Below are positions 1-13,644 of a DNA stretch of 64,000 nucleotides, one piece after another (position 1 is the first letter of the stretch; each line of letters starts with the position of its first letter). The position numbers and the translations under genes are program-made. Location: NCBI GenBank assembly GCA_951406725.2, contig OX597814.1:196168001-196232000 (forward strand). Direction: 5' to 3'. The DNA comes from Octopus vulgaris (lineage: Eukaryota). The notes beneath the pieces were generated by a model. That model was not told where the DNA came from. It did not search any database and worked only from the letters and a program-made list of their open reading frames with translations.

Positions 1-311
1 TCACTCGCTATGCAAGTACATCTCCTTATATATATATGCGCCACAATGCATAATGCGTGTCTGACATTCATAAGAATAAATCCATATTTATTCCATATTG
101 TTGTAATGTTTTGTCGGAGATTACTAAACGATTTCGTGGTCAGCGTAACGTGAGAATAGCATTTATGAACAACAACGCAACTCACAGCTGTCTCACAAGC
201 ATTCAAACTCATTCAAATGTTGGTATAATTGGAATGAGAAAAGAAAATCATAAATAATATCCTACGCGTTGTTATTGACAAAGCTTACAAAAGTGTAACA
301 ATGCGTTTCAG

Positions 312-421
312 AATCGTCGGAATTGCAGGATGCTGGAAAGCTATGTCAGAGTTGAAAGAAAGCAGTCAAGAATAGTCCCATTGTTTGGTGTTAAAATTGA
401 AATAATGTGTCAATATGGAAG
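312..421 (+). CDS. Candidate internal coding exon of an unidentified host gene (NRRNCRMLESYVRVERKQSRIVPLFGVKIEIMCQYG-R)
   Basis: Acceptor gcgtttcag| at 303-311 and donor AG|gtaatt at 422. Only one of three frames is open, and it ends in phase 2, matching the phase-2 start of the 6959 exon. Confidence 0.45.
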
Positions 422-732
422 GTAATTACGTTTGTAGACAAGCAAATAATGCGGAGACCACCACCAAAACCAAAAATATTTACATATGATGCAATCTGAG
501 ACCGAATAATTAAACATAAAGCTATCTTATAGACAATGCGGTTGCTTTTAACAAAAAAATGCATTTGAGTAAATTTTAATAGTTTTTTTAGTCACTGGAC
601 TACGTCCATGCTGCAGCATTGTGTTGAGCAATTTAGTCGAAGCTATCGACTACTTTAAATGTTAGTTTATATATACACAGACGATCTCATTTTTCTATTC
701 GTTTGCTTGTGATGCCGCCTCGTATTATACCC

Positions 733-803
733 TTCTTCCTTCTTTCTTTCTTTCTTTCTTTCTTTATTCTTTCCTTATTTCTTTCTTCTTTTCTGTCTGC
801 CTC

Positions 804-835
<32 letters not shown>

Positions 836-1091
836 GGTTTCTTTCCTTCTTTCTTTCTTCTTCTCTTTCTTCTTTTCTGTCTGCCTCTCTTTCTTTCTTT
901 CTTTCTTTTTTTCTTTCTTATTTCTTTCTTCTTCTCTTTCTTATTTTCTGTCTTCCTGTCTTTCTTTCTTTCTTTCTTTCTTTTTTTCTTTCCTTATTTC
1001 TTTCTTCTTCTCTTTCTTCTTTTCTGTCTTCCTCTCTTTCTTACTTTCTTACTTTCTTTGTTTCTTACTTTCTTACTTTCTTACTTTCTTA

Positions 1092-1122
<31 letters not shown>

Positions 1123-1172
1123 TTTTCTTCTTACTCTTTCTTACTCTCTTTCTTTCTTTCTTTCTTTCTTTC
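733..1172. repeat. (CTTT)n-type pyrimidine microsatellite
   Basis: Directly visible; source of the spurious F/L/S ORFs. Confidence 0.95.
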
Positions 1173-1556
1173 ATTCATATCTAAATCAACGTTACCTATA
1201 CAGGTGCACGGTGTACCACACTGTTACTTGTCCATGTAATTTCAGAGCAACATGAGATAAAGTGAATTGCTCAAGAGCACAACGACCTCACCCGGTCTAG
1301 GAATTGATACCACAATCTCACCATCGTGAATACTGCACTCTAACCGCCCTTTCGAGCCCGGAATCTCTATATCAACATTCAGGTAAATGTGGGTGTATGT
1401 ACGTATGTTTACATGTACGCATGAATATGTATGTAGCCATATGTCTATCGAAATTTGCGTATGTAATGTTGACATTTATAGTAAAACAAAAAGTAGAAGA
1501 CAGGTGTATGAACAACAAGGAAGTGTATTAGGTAGACGCCCGGAAAAATGAAAACG

Positions 1557-1593
1557 TCTTTTATGTTTCGAGCCTACGCTCTTCAGCAGAAAG
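1557..1593 (-). ncRNA. Minimal hammerhead motif, family H1 (core CUGCUGA)
   Basis: Minus strand CTTT-CTGCTGA-A-GAGC-GTAG-GCTC-GAAA-CA-TA-AAAG inside a ~180 bp repeat (1483-1665). Confidence 0.5.
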
Positions 1594-1668
1594 GAATAAG
1601 AGAAAATAAACAGAGAGAATAAAAACAACTTGTGGGTTTAGCGGTCAAGTATAGCGACTATATATAAA

Positions 1669-2007
1669 TTCTTTTATTTGTTCCTGTCATTTGACTGTGG
1701 CCATGCTGGAGCACCACCTTTAGTCGGGCAAATCGACCCTGGACTTACTCTTTGTAAGCCTAGTACTTATTCTATCGGTCTCTTTTGCTGAACTGCAAAG
1801 TTACAGGAACGTAAACACACCAGCATCGGTTTTTAAGATATGTTGGGGGGACAAACACAGATACACAGACATATACACAGACATACATATACATATACAC
1901 GACGGGCACTTTTCAGTTTCCGTCTACCAAATGCACTTAGAAGCCTCAGTCCGAGACTATAGAAGACACTTGGCCAAGGTATCACGCAATGGGACTGAAC
2001 CCAGAAC
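1669..2007 (-). mobile_element. tRNA-derived SINE family B (partial)
   Basis: Reverse complement of the family seen intact at 32284-32720 and 61034-61480. Confidence 0.85.
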
Positions 2008-2622
2008 GGCGGAAATTTCAGGGGAGTGGATAAATCAATTTCATCGATTTTAGTGCTCTTCTGCTTCTTATTTTATTGACCTCGAAAGGTTGAAATGCAA
2101 AGTCGACGTTGGCGGAGTTTGAACACAGAAGGTTAAAAGGGATGAAATGATGCTAAGCATCAAATCTGGCATGCTAACAATTCTCTGTGTGTGTGTGTGT
2201 GTGTGTGTGTGTATACATACATACATACATACATACATACATACATACATACATACATACATACATACATACATACAAGAACCGGATCATCCTCGCAATT
2301 TCGGCTGATTAATCTCGAAATTGCCCCGATCTGGCCAGCCCCAAAGGAAAATCTAAACCAAGCGCATTAGATTCCTTGGAAGAAAGCCTCGAATGTATAC
2401 AAAACAAGGACGGAAAAACGGACGATGTTACACGAATATGAATACAAAAATACATAAAAACAATAATGATAATAATAATAACAAAGACAGGACGTTATAG
2501 ACAGGCGTCTTTCGACAGGATGAGTAAACTTTGAGCTGGCGTGTTAGAAAAATGCCTTAGGACAGAGAGAAATATATATATATATTTGTTTGATTTGCAT
2601 AATAGTGGTTTTGTCTCTAATT

Positions 2623-2690
<68 letters not shown>

Positions 2691-2945
2691 ACTTATAAGT
2701 AAGGGCTAAAGAAAATTATTTCAATGCCAATATGCTGATAACAGACTAATAAATCGTCAATTTCCACATATAATTTACTCGCTACAGAAAAAACCGAAGA
2801 ACTGAAGTCGGGCAAGCCGGCCGATAGAATTTTTAAAAAATCGTTATATATATATATATATATATATATCTGTGTGTGTGTGTGTATGAGTACCGCTGAA
2901 ATGCAGAAGTTTTTTTCATTCTCTCTCTGTTTACTTTTCCTTATT

Positions 2946-2983
2946 CCTGTCTGTTGAAGAGCGTAGGCTCGAAACGTAAGAGA
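2946..2983 (+). ncRNA. Minimal hammerhead motif, family H1 (core CUGUUGA)
   Basis: CTGTTGA-A-GAGC-GTAG-GCTC-GAAA-CG-TA at 2951-2978; helix I partly decayed. Confidence 0.5.
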
Positions 2984-3064
2984 CATTTTTCATTTTCCCG
3001 AGCGTCAAACTAATACACCTGCTTGTCTTGTTGTTCACACACCTGTCTACGTATTTTGTTCTTC

Positions 3065-3126
<62 letters not shown>

Positions 3127-3228
3127 GGGAGAATTCACAAAAAAAACAAAAAACAAAGACGAAGACAGGCGGTGTAGGCATCAAAGTAACAAACAGATGT
3201 ATCAGTTTAAGGCTCGGGAAGTGAAAAA

Positions 3229-3265
3229 GTCTAATGTTTCGAGCCTATGCTCTTCTACAGAGAGG
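3229..3265 (-). ncRNA. Minimal hammerhead motif, family H1 (core CUGUAGA), decayed
   Basis: Minus strand CTGTAGA-A-GAGC-ATAG-GCTC-GAAA-CA-TT; inverted relative to the 2946 copy across a (TA)n(TG)n tract. Confidence 0.4.
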
Positions 3266-3708
3266 AACACAGAAAGAAACAAGGAGAGAAAATAAAGAAT
3301 GTGTAGTGGCTAGCGATCTATCATGGCGAATGTGTGTTTGTGTGTATATATATATATGAAATACACACACATATAGATGTATATAAATATACATACGTAC
3401 ATGCACACCCACACCGACACAAACCAACATGCACGCACGTATATATACATACATCATATACACATACACACACAAACAAGAACACACATACGCACACACA
3501 CAAACAAACAAACACACACACACACACACACCAACCCACACATGCTGGAAGAGCAAATATGATTCCTGGCTATTTAAAGGGACATTGAACTGTTATCGAG
3601 AATATGTTTTAATAAAATTGAAAAATCAAAAAATAACTTCAGATAAGTGGTGATGGAAACAATAAAATGCTTCATTTTTCATATCTGAAAACGTCATTGT
3701 TATCGTCG

Positions 3709-3833
3709 CCATCATCATCATCGTCATCGTCATCGTCATCATCATCATCATCATCGTCATCATCGTCATCATCGTCATCATCATCGTCATCGTCATCATC
3801 ATCATCATCATCGTCATGGTCATCATCGTCGTC
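3709..3833. repeat. (CAT/CGT)n microsatellite
   Basis: Directly visible. Confidence 0.95.
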
Positions 3834-4118
3834 ATATTTCCGGAAGGCAAATAAACATGTCAACGACCTTGTCATGTCTAAATACGAAAACTGCGTATTA
3901 CTCTATGATTCCTATACATACACAGACGATCACATTTTTCCTATTTGTTTGCTTGTGATGCCGCCTCGTATTATACACTTCTTTCTTTCTTTCTCTCTTT
4001 GTTTGTTTGTTTGTTTGTTTTATTTTTCAAATTTCCTTATAACATCCTGAGTTCTTCATTTGTGTACGTATGCATACAATTACATGTGAAAGTAGGCATG
4101 TCTGTATGTAATTATATA

Positions 4119-4768
<650 letters not shown>

Positions 4769-4984
4769 TTTCCTTTCTCATTAACTATTTATTTCCCTCT
4801 CAATGTATAGAACGAGAAAAAAATATCAATTTAAATGGGTCCCATCCATTTACTTCCCCCCTCCACCTTATTCCATCCTATAATTCATATGAATAATTCC
4901 GCGTTTCCTTTGTAATTAACTTCCGAGTTAATTGCTTTCTACTACAAGCTCAAGGAACACATCAACACCTCTTAATGTTGTAAC

Positions 4985-5773
4985 CACCAGTAGCAGCAGC
5001 AGCAGCAACACCACCACCACCACCAACACCACCAACACCGCCGCCACCAACACCACCACCACCACCACAAACACCGTCACCACCACCAACACAAACACCA
5101 ACTGCAATACTACCACCACGTCCACAACTACCACCACCGCCATCACCATCACTACTACTTCTACCACCCCACCACCACTACTACCACCACCAACACCAAC
5201 AATAACAACAACAAGAACACTACCAACACTACCGCAGCCACCACCACCACCACCACCACCACCAACACCAACACCAACACCGCCGCCACCATCACCACTA
5301 CCACCACCACAAACACCGTCATCACCACCAACACAAACACCAACTGCAATACTACCACCACGTCCACAACTACCACCACCGCCATCACCATCACTACTAC
5401 TACCACCCCACCACCACTACTACCACCACCAACACCAACAATAACAACAACAAGAACACTACCAACACTACCGCAGCCACCGCCACCACCACCAACACCA
5501 ACACCACCGCCACCAACACCCACACCACCGCCACCACTACCAACAGCACCACCTCCGCCACTGCCGCCGCCGCCGCCACTACCACCACCACCACTACCAC
5601 CACCATCACCAACAACACCAACAACACCACTATCGCCGCCGCCGCTGCTGCCGCCAACACCACCACCACCACCATCACGACCATCGCCAATCCCGCCTCT
5701 ACCATAACATTTCTACAACTACTACTACTGCTACTACACCTAATTACACCAATACCAGCACCACCACCAACAC

Positions 5774-5809
<36 letters not shown>

Positions 5810-6272
5810 CACTATAGCTGCTGCTGCTGTTGCTGCCGAGGGAACATTAACACAATCACAAAAATTGCCACTAGCAACATTATTGGTGAGCGTCAACATC
5901 CTTACTACAGTTAGTGCCACCACTTCTACTTCTACCCATACCGACGAAAACAAATGACACATCTTCAGATCATCTCTAGCGACCCCCCCCCCCCCACTGC
6001 TACTACGATATTTACCCCCACACAGCACCTCCACGCCGCCACCAGACCACACCACTATGACCTCCAAACCCTAACTACCACTACTGCGGCTACACCCCTC
6101 TCATCAACCCCCTTTCTCCTCCCCTCCACCTCATCCCCACTCCTCCACACCTCCTTCCGTCCCCCTCCTCCTCTCCTCCGCTACTGCTCCTCCTCCACCT
6201 CCTCCCATCCCCTCCTCCTCCCACTACTACTACTAACACCATCTCTATCACCACCGGCACTACCACCACCAG

Positions 6273-6364
<92 letters not shown>

Positions 6365-6561
6365 TCTTTATCACCGCCGCCAACACCATCACCACGATCA
6401 CCACCAAAACCGCTACTACAACTACTACTAATACTACTACAAACACCAACTCTATCACCACCAACACCACCAACACCAAAGCCACTACTACTACTACAAC
6501 TAACACCATCTCTATCACCACCACCAAATCCACCACTACCACCACCACAACAACAACAACA

Positions 6562-6592
<31 letters not shown>

Positions 6593-7287
6593 TACTCTCA
6601 CTACCACCATCATCATTGCCGTCAGTATCCTCTTCACAACTAACACAATCACTACCATCGCCATCGCAACCACCACCACCACCACCACTACTGCTACGAC
6701 AACAAGAACAACAACCAATACTACTTCACCACCTCAACCACCACCACCACCACCACCACTACTGCTACGACAACAAGAACAACAACCAATACTACTTCAC
6801 CACCTCAACCACCGCCAGCATAGCCAGTACAATAATCACTCCATGCGCTATAACCAACAAAAGAAGCGAAAGAGAGGACGAAAGAGAAGGTGGGAGGAAG
6901 AGAGAGAGGGTGAGAGAAAGAGGGTGGGGAGATTCTACATTGCCGCATGTTCTTTCAGAAACAACTGCCTGATTGCACTGGACAATGGTAGTAGTGCCTC
7001 ATACACAACGATATGGGATGGCCACGGCTGGAACAACTTTGATCATAGTTCTGTTTGCTCAGAAGTGAATTTTGTTAAAAAGGTACCTCGATCATCAGGC
7101 ATTACCGTTGTTAACGTTCGTCGTCTCTACCTTGGCACGCGTGACCACGACCAGCACGAACATTAAATCAACCACCTCTGCTATCGCTACAATCACCACT
7201 ACCGCCAAAACCACCATCACCACCGCCACCGAAACCACCATCACCACCGCCGCCGAAACCACCATCGTCACCACCACAAACACCGTC

Positions 7288-7319
<32 letters not shown>

Positions 7320-7635
7320 CAACAACAACGCAAACACCAACTACAGTACTACCCCAGCCACCACTACCACCACCACAACTAACACCAAAACTACCACCAC
7401 CACTACCACCACCACCACCGCCACTATCTCAAACACAAACACCGCCACCACCACAAACACAAACTGCAATACTACCACAGCCACTACCACAGCCACTACC
7501 ACCACCACCACCACCACACTACCACCAACACAAACACCGCCACCACCTCCACAAACACAAACACCAATTGCAATACTACTAACACCACCACCACCACCAG
7601 CACTACCACAACCGCCATCACCACCGCCACCACTA
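4985..7635. repeat. Compound (ACC/ACT/AAC)n low-complexity region with internal ~240 bp duplication (5040-5240 vs 5280-5480)
   Basis: Recurrent unit aacacaaacaccaactgcaatactaccac; the reading frame shifts repeatedly. Confidence 0.9.
6959..7082 (+). CDS. Candidate internal coding exon (R-NNCLIALDNGSSASYTTIWDGHGWNNFDHSSVCSEVNFVKK)
   Basis: Acceptor catgttctttcag| and donor AAG|gtacct. A complex, open island inside low-complexity (ACC)n DNA; phase 2 in, phase 0 out. Confidence 0.5.
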
Positions 7636-7869
7636 ATTCAGCAAATACAAGCATCGGTTACCTGTAATCTGTCAAAATACCTGAATACATTAAAGATCAT
7701 CAGGCCAAATATCAACGATATCAGCCCCAAAAGCCACCTATCCTGATATCTACCAGATTATCCACTATGCAGTCGCGATCAATAGTTTGGAACAATTTTA
7801 AAAAATTAGAATTGTTATGCTCAAGTACAATTCGATTCAAATATATACAACGTGGAGATAAAGACCTCC

Positions 7870-8185
7870 ATCGGTCATGATCACACCCCTATGTTTCCCC
7901 TCCAAGGTCCAAGTCCGGGCAAGGTTGTTTATGGAAGACCTGCAGTCGCCCATATATACCACTCTCCGCGCTCCACGCCACTGATGTTATCCAAGGGAAA
8001 GGCAAAGGCCGATACAGTTTGGCACCAGTGACGTCACAACTCATTTCTACAGCTGAGTTAACTGGAGCAACGTGGAATAAAGTGACTTGCTCAAGAACAC
8101 AACATACAGCCTGCACTGAGAATCGAACTCACTACGTCATGATTATGGAACCGACACTCTAACCACCGAGCCATGCGCATTCACA
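7870..8185 (-). mobile_element. tRNA-derived SINE family D
   Basis: Minus-strand head with A/B boxes (tggctcggtggttagag...gttcgattc) and the ttgagcaag..tttatt..cgttgctccagt core. Confidence 0.75.
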
Positions 8186-8369
8186 ACCTAGAGATCTACT
8201 TACGTAAAACTGATCCAATGGCTCAACTCTAATTTTCAGACCCATGCTCCTAACGCTTGGGCCACCAACTGCAAATTGAATATAACCATGTGCATTTAAT
8301 ATAAAAATTTTATGGTTTAGACCTATGTTCCAAGCCTTTGACCACGACTAGTGTGTGCCAGAATGATAG

Positions 8370-8880
8370 ATCATCTAGCAGAATACCTACGGTATTATAA
8401 GGAACCAATCCACATAATAAAGTACATACCAATCAACGTACTGTAGTGTGTACCAGACAAGCTAAAAGACTACCGGACCAACATGTAAAATATTTCCTAT
8501 TCTGCGCATCAGATCATCTGGTAGACATCTGGTAGAGGTTCTACTATATCAGCTACCAAATATCTTGTAGAGTAGCGAGTAACCTGCGTACAACAGAACG
8601 TATCGGACCGTTTGAAAGATAGTTGGTTGATCATCTACCGTATGAGTTACCAGATGACTTAATAAACTATCTACAAGGCCATCTACCATATGATGTACCA
8701 AACCGCAAAATAGATATCTGGTAGACTATCTACCATATCTGCTATGAGACCAACTAGTTAATGTATCTACCAGATCACCTTCGGAAGTATTTACCAGACT
8801 GCAAAATAATTATTTTGTTGACTATCTGCCATGTTAGCTAACACACATTTAGTGAAGCATCTGCCGGATCACGTCCTATA
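8370..8880. repeat. Degenerate 12-bp-period minisatellite (TATCTACCAGAC / TATCTGGTAGAC)
   Basis: Repeated tctacca and tctggtag motifs at multiples of 12 nt. Confidence 0.55.
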
Positions 8881-9557
8881 TTGTGTAACAACATATAATC
8901 TAATCTGGTCATCTAAATCCTCCAGCCTCACAGCAACGGGCCACTTATTGGTTTTTATGGTGAATGGTTGTTTCTTCGAGGTAGGGGTACCGCTCCTACA
9001 CCCAGCCTTCCTTCTTTCTTAACCGCTACGGCGGATTTGGCCATCTAATACTAGCTTACTTACTGAAGTATTTGGCAGATCACCTACAATGGTGATCAGA
9101 CAATCGAACAGGCCATATATCACAAACCTCAGTGATAACAGACTGATTTAACAGCCAAATTATTTTCATTAATTATTTATAATGAGAAGACGCTGATGTT
9201 GTGTTAGACGACAGATCAATAAATTTAGGACATAGCGAGGTGTGAATTATGACGTGGCGCAACAAAAATAATATCTCATACGAAGACTCACGCACGCACT
9301 CACAGATGTGATTGTATGTGTGTATGCGTGGTTATAGAGTATACATGCATACATATATACATATACTCAAATATAAGTGTGTACATATATATGTATATAT
9401 GTGTACATATATACACACTCACGCACGAACGCACACATATGCATGGATGACGGATACCTGTGTATGTGTGCCGATATGTACGTACAAATTTCTATACATA
9501 GATTTATGCACGCACATATGTACATAGAGATACATATACATACATACATACATACAA

Positions 9558-9631
<74 letters not shown>

Positions 9632-9838
9632 ATGTGTATATACATATAATTATATATATAAACATATAAACACACACATATATATATATATATGTCTTCT
9701 CCGTTTTCGTTCTGTTGATTTTTCCGTCTTCTTCTGATGTCCTGTACGTATATATATATTTATATATGCATGTATATATACATGTAGATGTCGGTACGTA
9801 CATATATGTTTGTATGTATGCATATATTTTATTTATTA

Positions 9839-9894
<56 letters not shown>

Positions 9895-10029
9895 TGTATG
9901 TATTTATGTATATATGAACAGAAAGAAGAGAATGGGAGAGAAGGTAAGGATGAAAGAGAGAAGGAAAAAGAGAGATTAGAAAAAGAGAGGTATAGAGAAA
10001 CACCAGCGATGGTAATTGTTCGCTTCGTT

Positions 10030-10170
10030 ATTCATTGTTTGGTCCAATCTCTGCATAACATCGCACGCCAATGTCTTCTACAGAGGTGACTCTGAACACC
10101 CAGGCAAGACCAAACAGTGATTTACAGTGTCTAGGGACAAACACGACAGACAAATTCAGCCTGTCGATAC
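10030..10170 (-). mobile_element. Possible RTE-type LINE C-terminal zinc-finger remnant
   Basis: Minus-strand fragments FVCRVC..RHCKS and LGVQSHL with frameshifts. Confidence 0.3.
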
Positions 10171-10264
10171 GATTGATTCGAGTCTGTCCTCCCAATGACA
10201 TTTTTATGCGTTGCCACGATTCGATTTAGAAATATATCGCGGCTCATTATATAAGAAGTATCAA

Positions 10265-10665
10265 GGCGGCGAGCTGGTAGAAACGTTAGCACGCCGGGCG
10301 AAATGCTTAGCAGTATTTCGTCTGCCGTTACGTTCTGATTTCAAATTCCGCCGAGGTTCGACTGTACCTTTCATCCTTTCGGGGTCGATTAAATATATAC
10401 CACTTACGCACTGGGGTCGATATAATCGACTTAATCCGTGTGTCTGTCTTTGTTTGTCTGTCTTTGTTTGTAGTAAGGAAATAGGTATTTGGTCTGTCAT
10501 TACATTCTGAGCTCAAATTCCTCCGAGGTCGATTTGCCGTTCACCCATTCGGGGTCGATAAATAAAGTACCAGTTTCGCACTGGGGTCGATCTAATCGAC
10601 TTAATCCGTTTGTCTGTCCTTGCTTGTCCCCTCTATGTTTAGCCCCTTGCGGGCAATAAAGAAAT
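10265..10665 (+). mobile_element. tRNA-derived SINE family A, with internally repeated core
   Basis: Head ggcggcgagctgg..gttcaaattcc plus core gcctttcatcctttcggggtcgata(a)ataagtaccag (resembles the Meta-SINE central domain), present twice. Confidence 0.85.
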
Positions 10666-10964
10666 ATATATAAGAAGTATCTTCTGTGAACGTGGATGGA
10701 GGTAAGATACTGGTGGGGCGTGGTATTTTATATCACCTGTTCGGTCTTTGGACTGTGGCCATGCTAGGGTATCGTCTTGAAGGATTTATTCAAACAGATC
10801 GACCCCAATACTTGTTCCTTAGTCTGGTGCTTATTCTACAGGGCTCTTTAGCCGAACCACTAGGTAACAGGCACGTAAGCATACAAACATTGGTTTCCAA
10901 GCAGTGATGTTCCAACCAAAACGACACACGCACACACCAATAGACATATAGTTACATACATTTA

Positions 10965-10996
<32 letters not shown>

Positions 10997-11014
10997 CATG
11001 CGTAGATGTACATA

Positions 11015-11357
11015 TGCCGTTACGTTCTGAGTTCAAACTCCGCCGAAGTCGACTTTGTCTTTCATCATTTCGGGGTCGATTAAATAAGTACCAGTTACGC
11101 ACTGGGGTCGATATAATCGACTTAATATCCGTTTGTCTATTCTTGTTTGTCCTCTCTGTGTTTAGCTCCTCGTGGGTAGTAAAGAAATAGGTATTTCGTC
11201 TGCCGCTACGTTCTGAGTTCAAGTTCCGCCGAGGTCGACTTTGCCTTTCATCTTTTCGGGGTCGATTAAATAAGTACCAGTTGCGTACTGGGGTCGATAT
11301 AATCGACTGGCCCCCAACCCCAAAATTTTGGGTCTCGTGCCTAAAGTAGAAAAGAAT
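11015..11357 (+). mobile_element. SINE family A, headless dimer
   Basis: Same core twice, ending in gcctaaagtagaaaagaat. Confidence 0.85.
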
Positions 11358-11377
11358 ATATTTTAATTAATATGTTA

Positions 11378-11612
11378 TACAGTGCAGTACTGTACTATAT
11401 TTTTAATTAATTAATTAATTATTTTTAGGCGTGAGAATGCTTATTTTACCACAGAAATAATTACATCATAAAAATCATAACTACCTCTCGGCCGCAGAAA
11501 CCCGCGATATACTGAGGAGTCCGCGATATAAATTTACATATGTCAGTCAGAAAAATCCGTGATGTACTGAGGGCGTGATAGGTGAACCGCGATACTTTGA
11601 AGGATTACTGTA
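11378..11612 (+). mobile_element. Tigger/pogo-like MITE right end
   Basis: Ends in ggattactg-TA, the reverse complement of the TA-cagtaatcc left end at 35224; internal ccgcgata subrepeats. Confidence 0.6.
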
Positions 11613-11747
11613 ACACATACACTTGTGCGTATGTTTATATATGAAATAGTGTACATATCATTACGTGTGTATGTGTGTGCGTGTGTTAGTGAGTGTGTGT
11701 GTGCGTAAGTGTGCGCTTAATTATATTCGAAGTTGCAATATTCACAG

Positions 11748-11864
11748 ATTATTATACAGAGTTTCAGACAAATGCTTCCGACAAGTGATAAAATAGAGCA
11801 TTTTATTGAGTTCGTGGAATTTATATGTCATAAAAATTTAATGATAAATAAACCGATCAATTAA
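11748..11864 (+). CDS. Possible terminal coding exon (IIIQSFRQMLPTSDKIEHFIEFVEFICHKNLMINKPIN*)
   Basis: Acceptor atattcacag|, phase 0 as required after 7082, 38 open codons in AT-rich DNA, AATAAA motifs downstream (~11878, ~11933). Confidence 0.25.
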   Translation: MIIQSFRQMLPTSDKIEHFIEFVEFICHKNLMINKPIN

Positions 11865-12325
11865 TAATTACACGAATAATAAATTTAATCAGCAGATATT
11901 TGGGTGTTAATTAGACCAAGGATGGTTTAACCAATAAACATATAAATTCATAGACGATATTTATAAACCTCGGTAAGCAAGTAACATATGAGCGTTGCTG
12001 ACTGAAGCAGAATTCTGATTGGCTGTATGTAACGGAACACGTGATACAGATTTATCAACGATCAGATTGGTAAACCGGATGTACGTTAGTGCTAATAATG
12101 TCTTTTGGCATGTTTGGTTTTGTCAGTCATTTAACTGACCAAAGAGGAAGAAGGGTTGTGGTGTGCATTGTTGAATGTATTGGGGGGTGTGTGTGCAAAT
12201 AAGGGTTGGGGAAGGTGAAATGGTATCACGTTTCTTCACGTGTACACATTTACAGACACACATACATACACACATGTACGCACATACTGAAACACACGGA
12301 AGATACTCATGTATATACTTACATG

Positions 12326-12370
<45 letters not shown>

Positions 12371-12512
12371 ATTCTTGTTGCTTTTTTCTTGTTTATAATC
12401 ACCCCACATTATTTTATGGTTAATACCATATAGTTTTCTGGTGCATCTAAGTTAAGTACCACATTCATGTGAATTCATTGGAACTCACTTGAATCTTAAT
12501 TGTTTTTACTGA

Positions 12513-12570
<58 letters not shown>

Positions 12571-12602
12571 CAACAATTGAGGGTAAAGCCCTTTATAAAA
12601 TG

Positions 12603-12635
<33 letters not shown>

Positions 12636-12638
<3 letters not shown>

Positions 12639-13242
12639 CTTAGGGTAGCAAGAATATTCATAGAATGATTCTTAGTTACCAGTGGCCTAATGAGAAAGAA
12701 AAAAATAGGCAATACACTATATATTATTCAAAGAAGAATACAGTGTACGTTCAAACACAAAAGAAATACCCGAAGAATAGGATATCGGACTCGCTAGAAA
12801 TATCAGTTAAAATTCCAAGCCACCAATTTTTGTAATTCCGAAAGTGATTGGAAAATAAAAATAAGAATCTTTCTATGAATATTCTTGCTATCCTAAGATT
12901 TTAATTAATGATAAAATGTTTTTTGGCTAATTCTGGAAGAAAATCGGCAATTTATTTTTTTTAGTGCTGGTTGAGCTCTGCTTCTGCGTGGTAGATTTGA
13001 AAAATTAGAACCTATAGACACGTGTCGGGTTATTTATCGGTCCGTGCCTATGTGATCAGTCCTGGCAACCTACTGAAGAAGCAGCGCCAGATATAGGGTG
13101 AAATTATTTTATTTCAGTTTGTATTTAAGTCTGCAGAAACCTTGCAGGGTCTAGGATTAAGGTAAACGTTTATATTTTCCAATCACTTTCGGAATTACAA
13201 CAATTGGTAGCTTGGAGTTTTAACTGCTCTTTCTAGCGAGTC

Positions 13243-13244
<2 letters not shown>
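12636..13244. mobile_element. Penelope-like remnant with nested inverted repeats, flanked by (TA)n
   Basis: Inverted pairs 12636-12676/12862-12900 and 12785-12857/13173-13244. Confidence 0.6.
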
Positions 13245-13277
<33 letters not shown>

Positions 13278-13281
<4 letters not shown>

Positions 13282-13600
13282 AGGCCAGTGGCTTAGTGGT
13301 TAGGGCATTCAGCTCACGATCGTAAAGTTGTGAGTTCAATTCCTGGCGACGCGTTGTGTCCTTGGGCAAGACACTTCATTTCACGTTGCTCCAGTCCACT
13401 CAGCTGCAATAATGAGTAGTACTTGTATTTGAAAGGGCCGGCGTTTTCACACCTTGTGTCACGCAGAATATCCCTGAGAACTACGTTAATGGTACACGTG
13501 TTTGTTGAGTACTCAGCCACTTGCACGTTAATTACACGAGCAAGCTGTTCCGTTGATCGTATCAGCTGCGACCTTCATCATCTTAACCGACTGAGTGCTC

Positions 13601-13602
<2 letters not shown>
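13278..13602 (+). mobile_element. SINE family D head with tail type ii
   Basis: A/B-box head, then the gagaactacgttaa..cacttgcacgttaatt..taaccgac tail shared with family C copies. Confidence 0.85.

Positions 13603-13644
<42 letters not shown>

Noticed and set aside
4932-7746. Thr/Pro-rich mucin-like ORFs
   Set aside because: (ACC/ACT)n low-complexity DNA with repeated frame switches between poly-T, poly-P and poly-H/L, and no clear splice or start context; probably intronic, though a mucin-like exon is not formally excluded.
13069-13110. Hammerhead-like CTGAAGA...GAAATTA
   Set aside because: Helices I and II do not pair convincingly; at best a heavily decayed relic.
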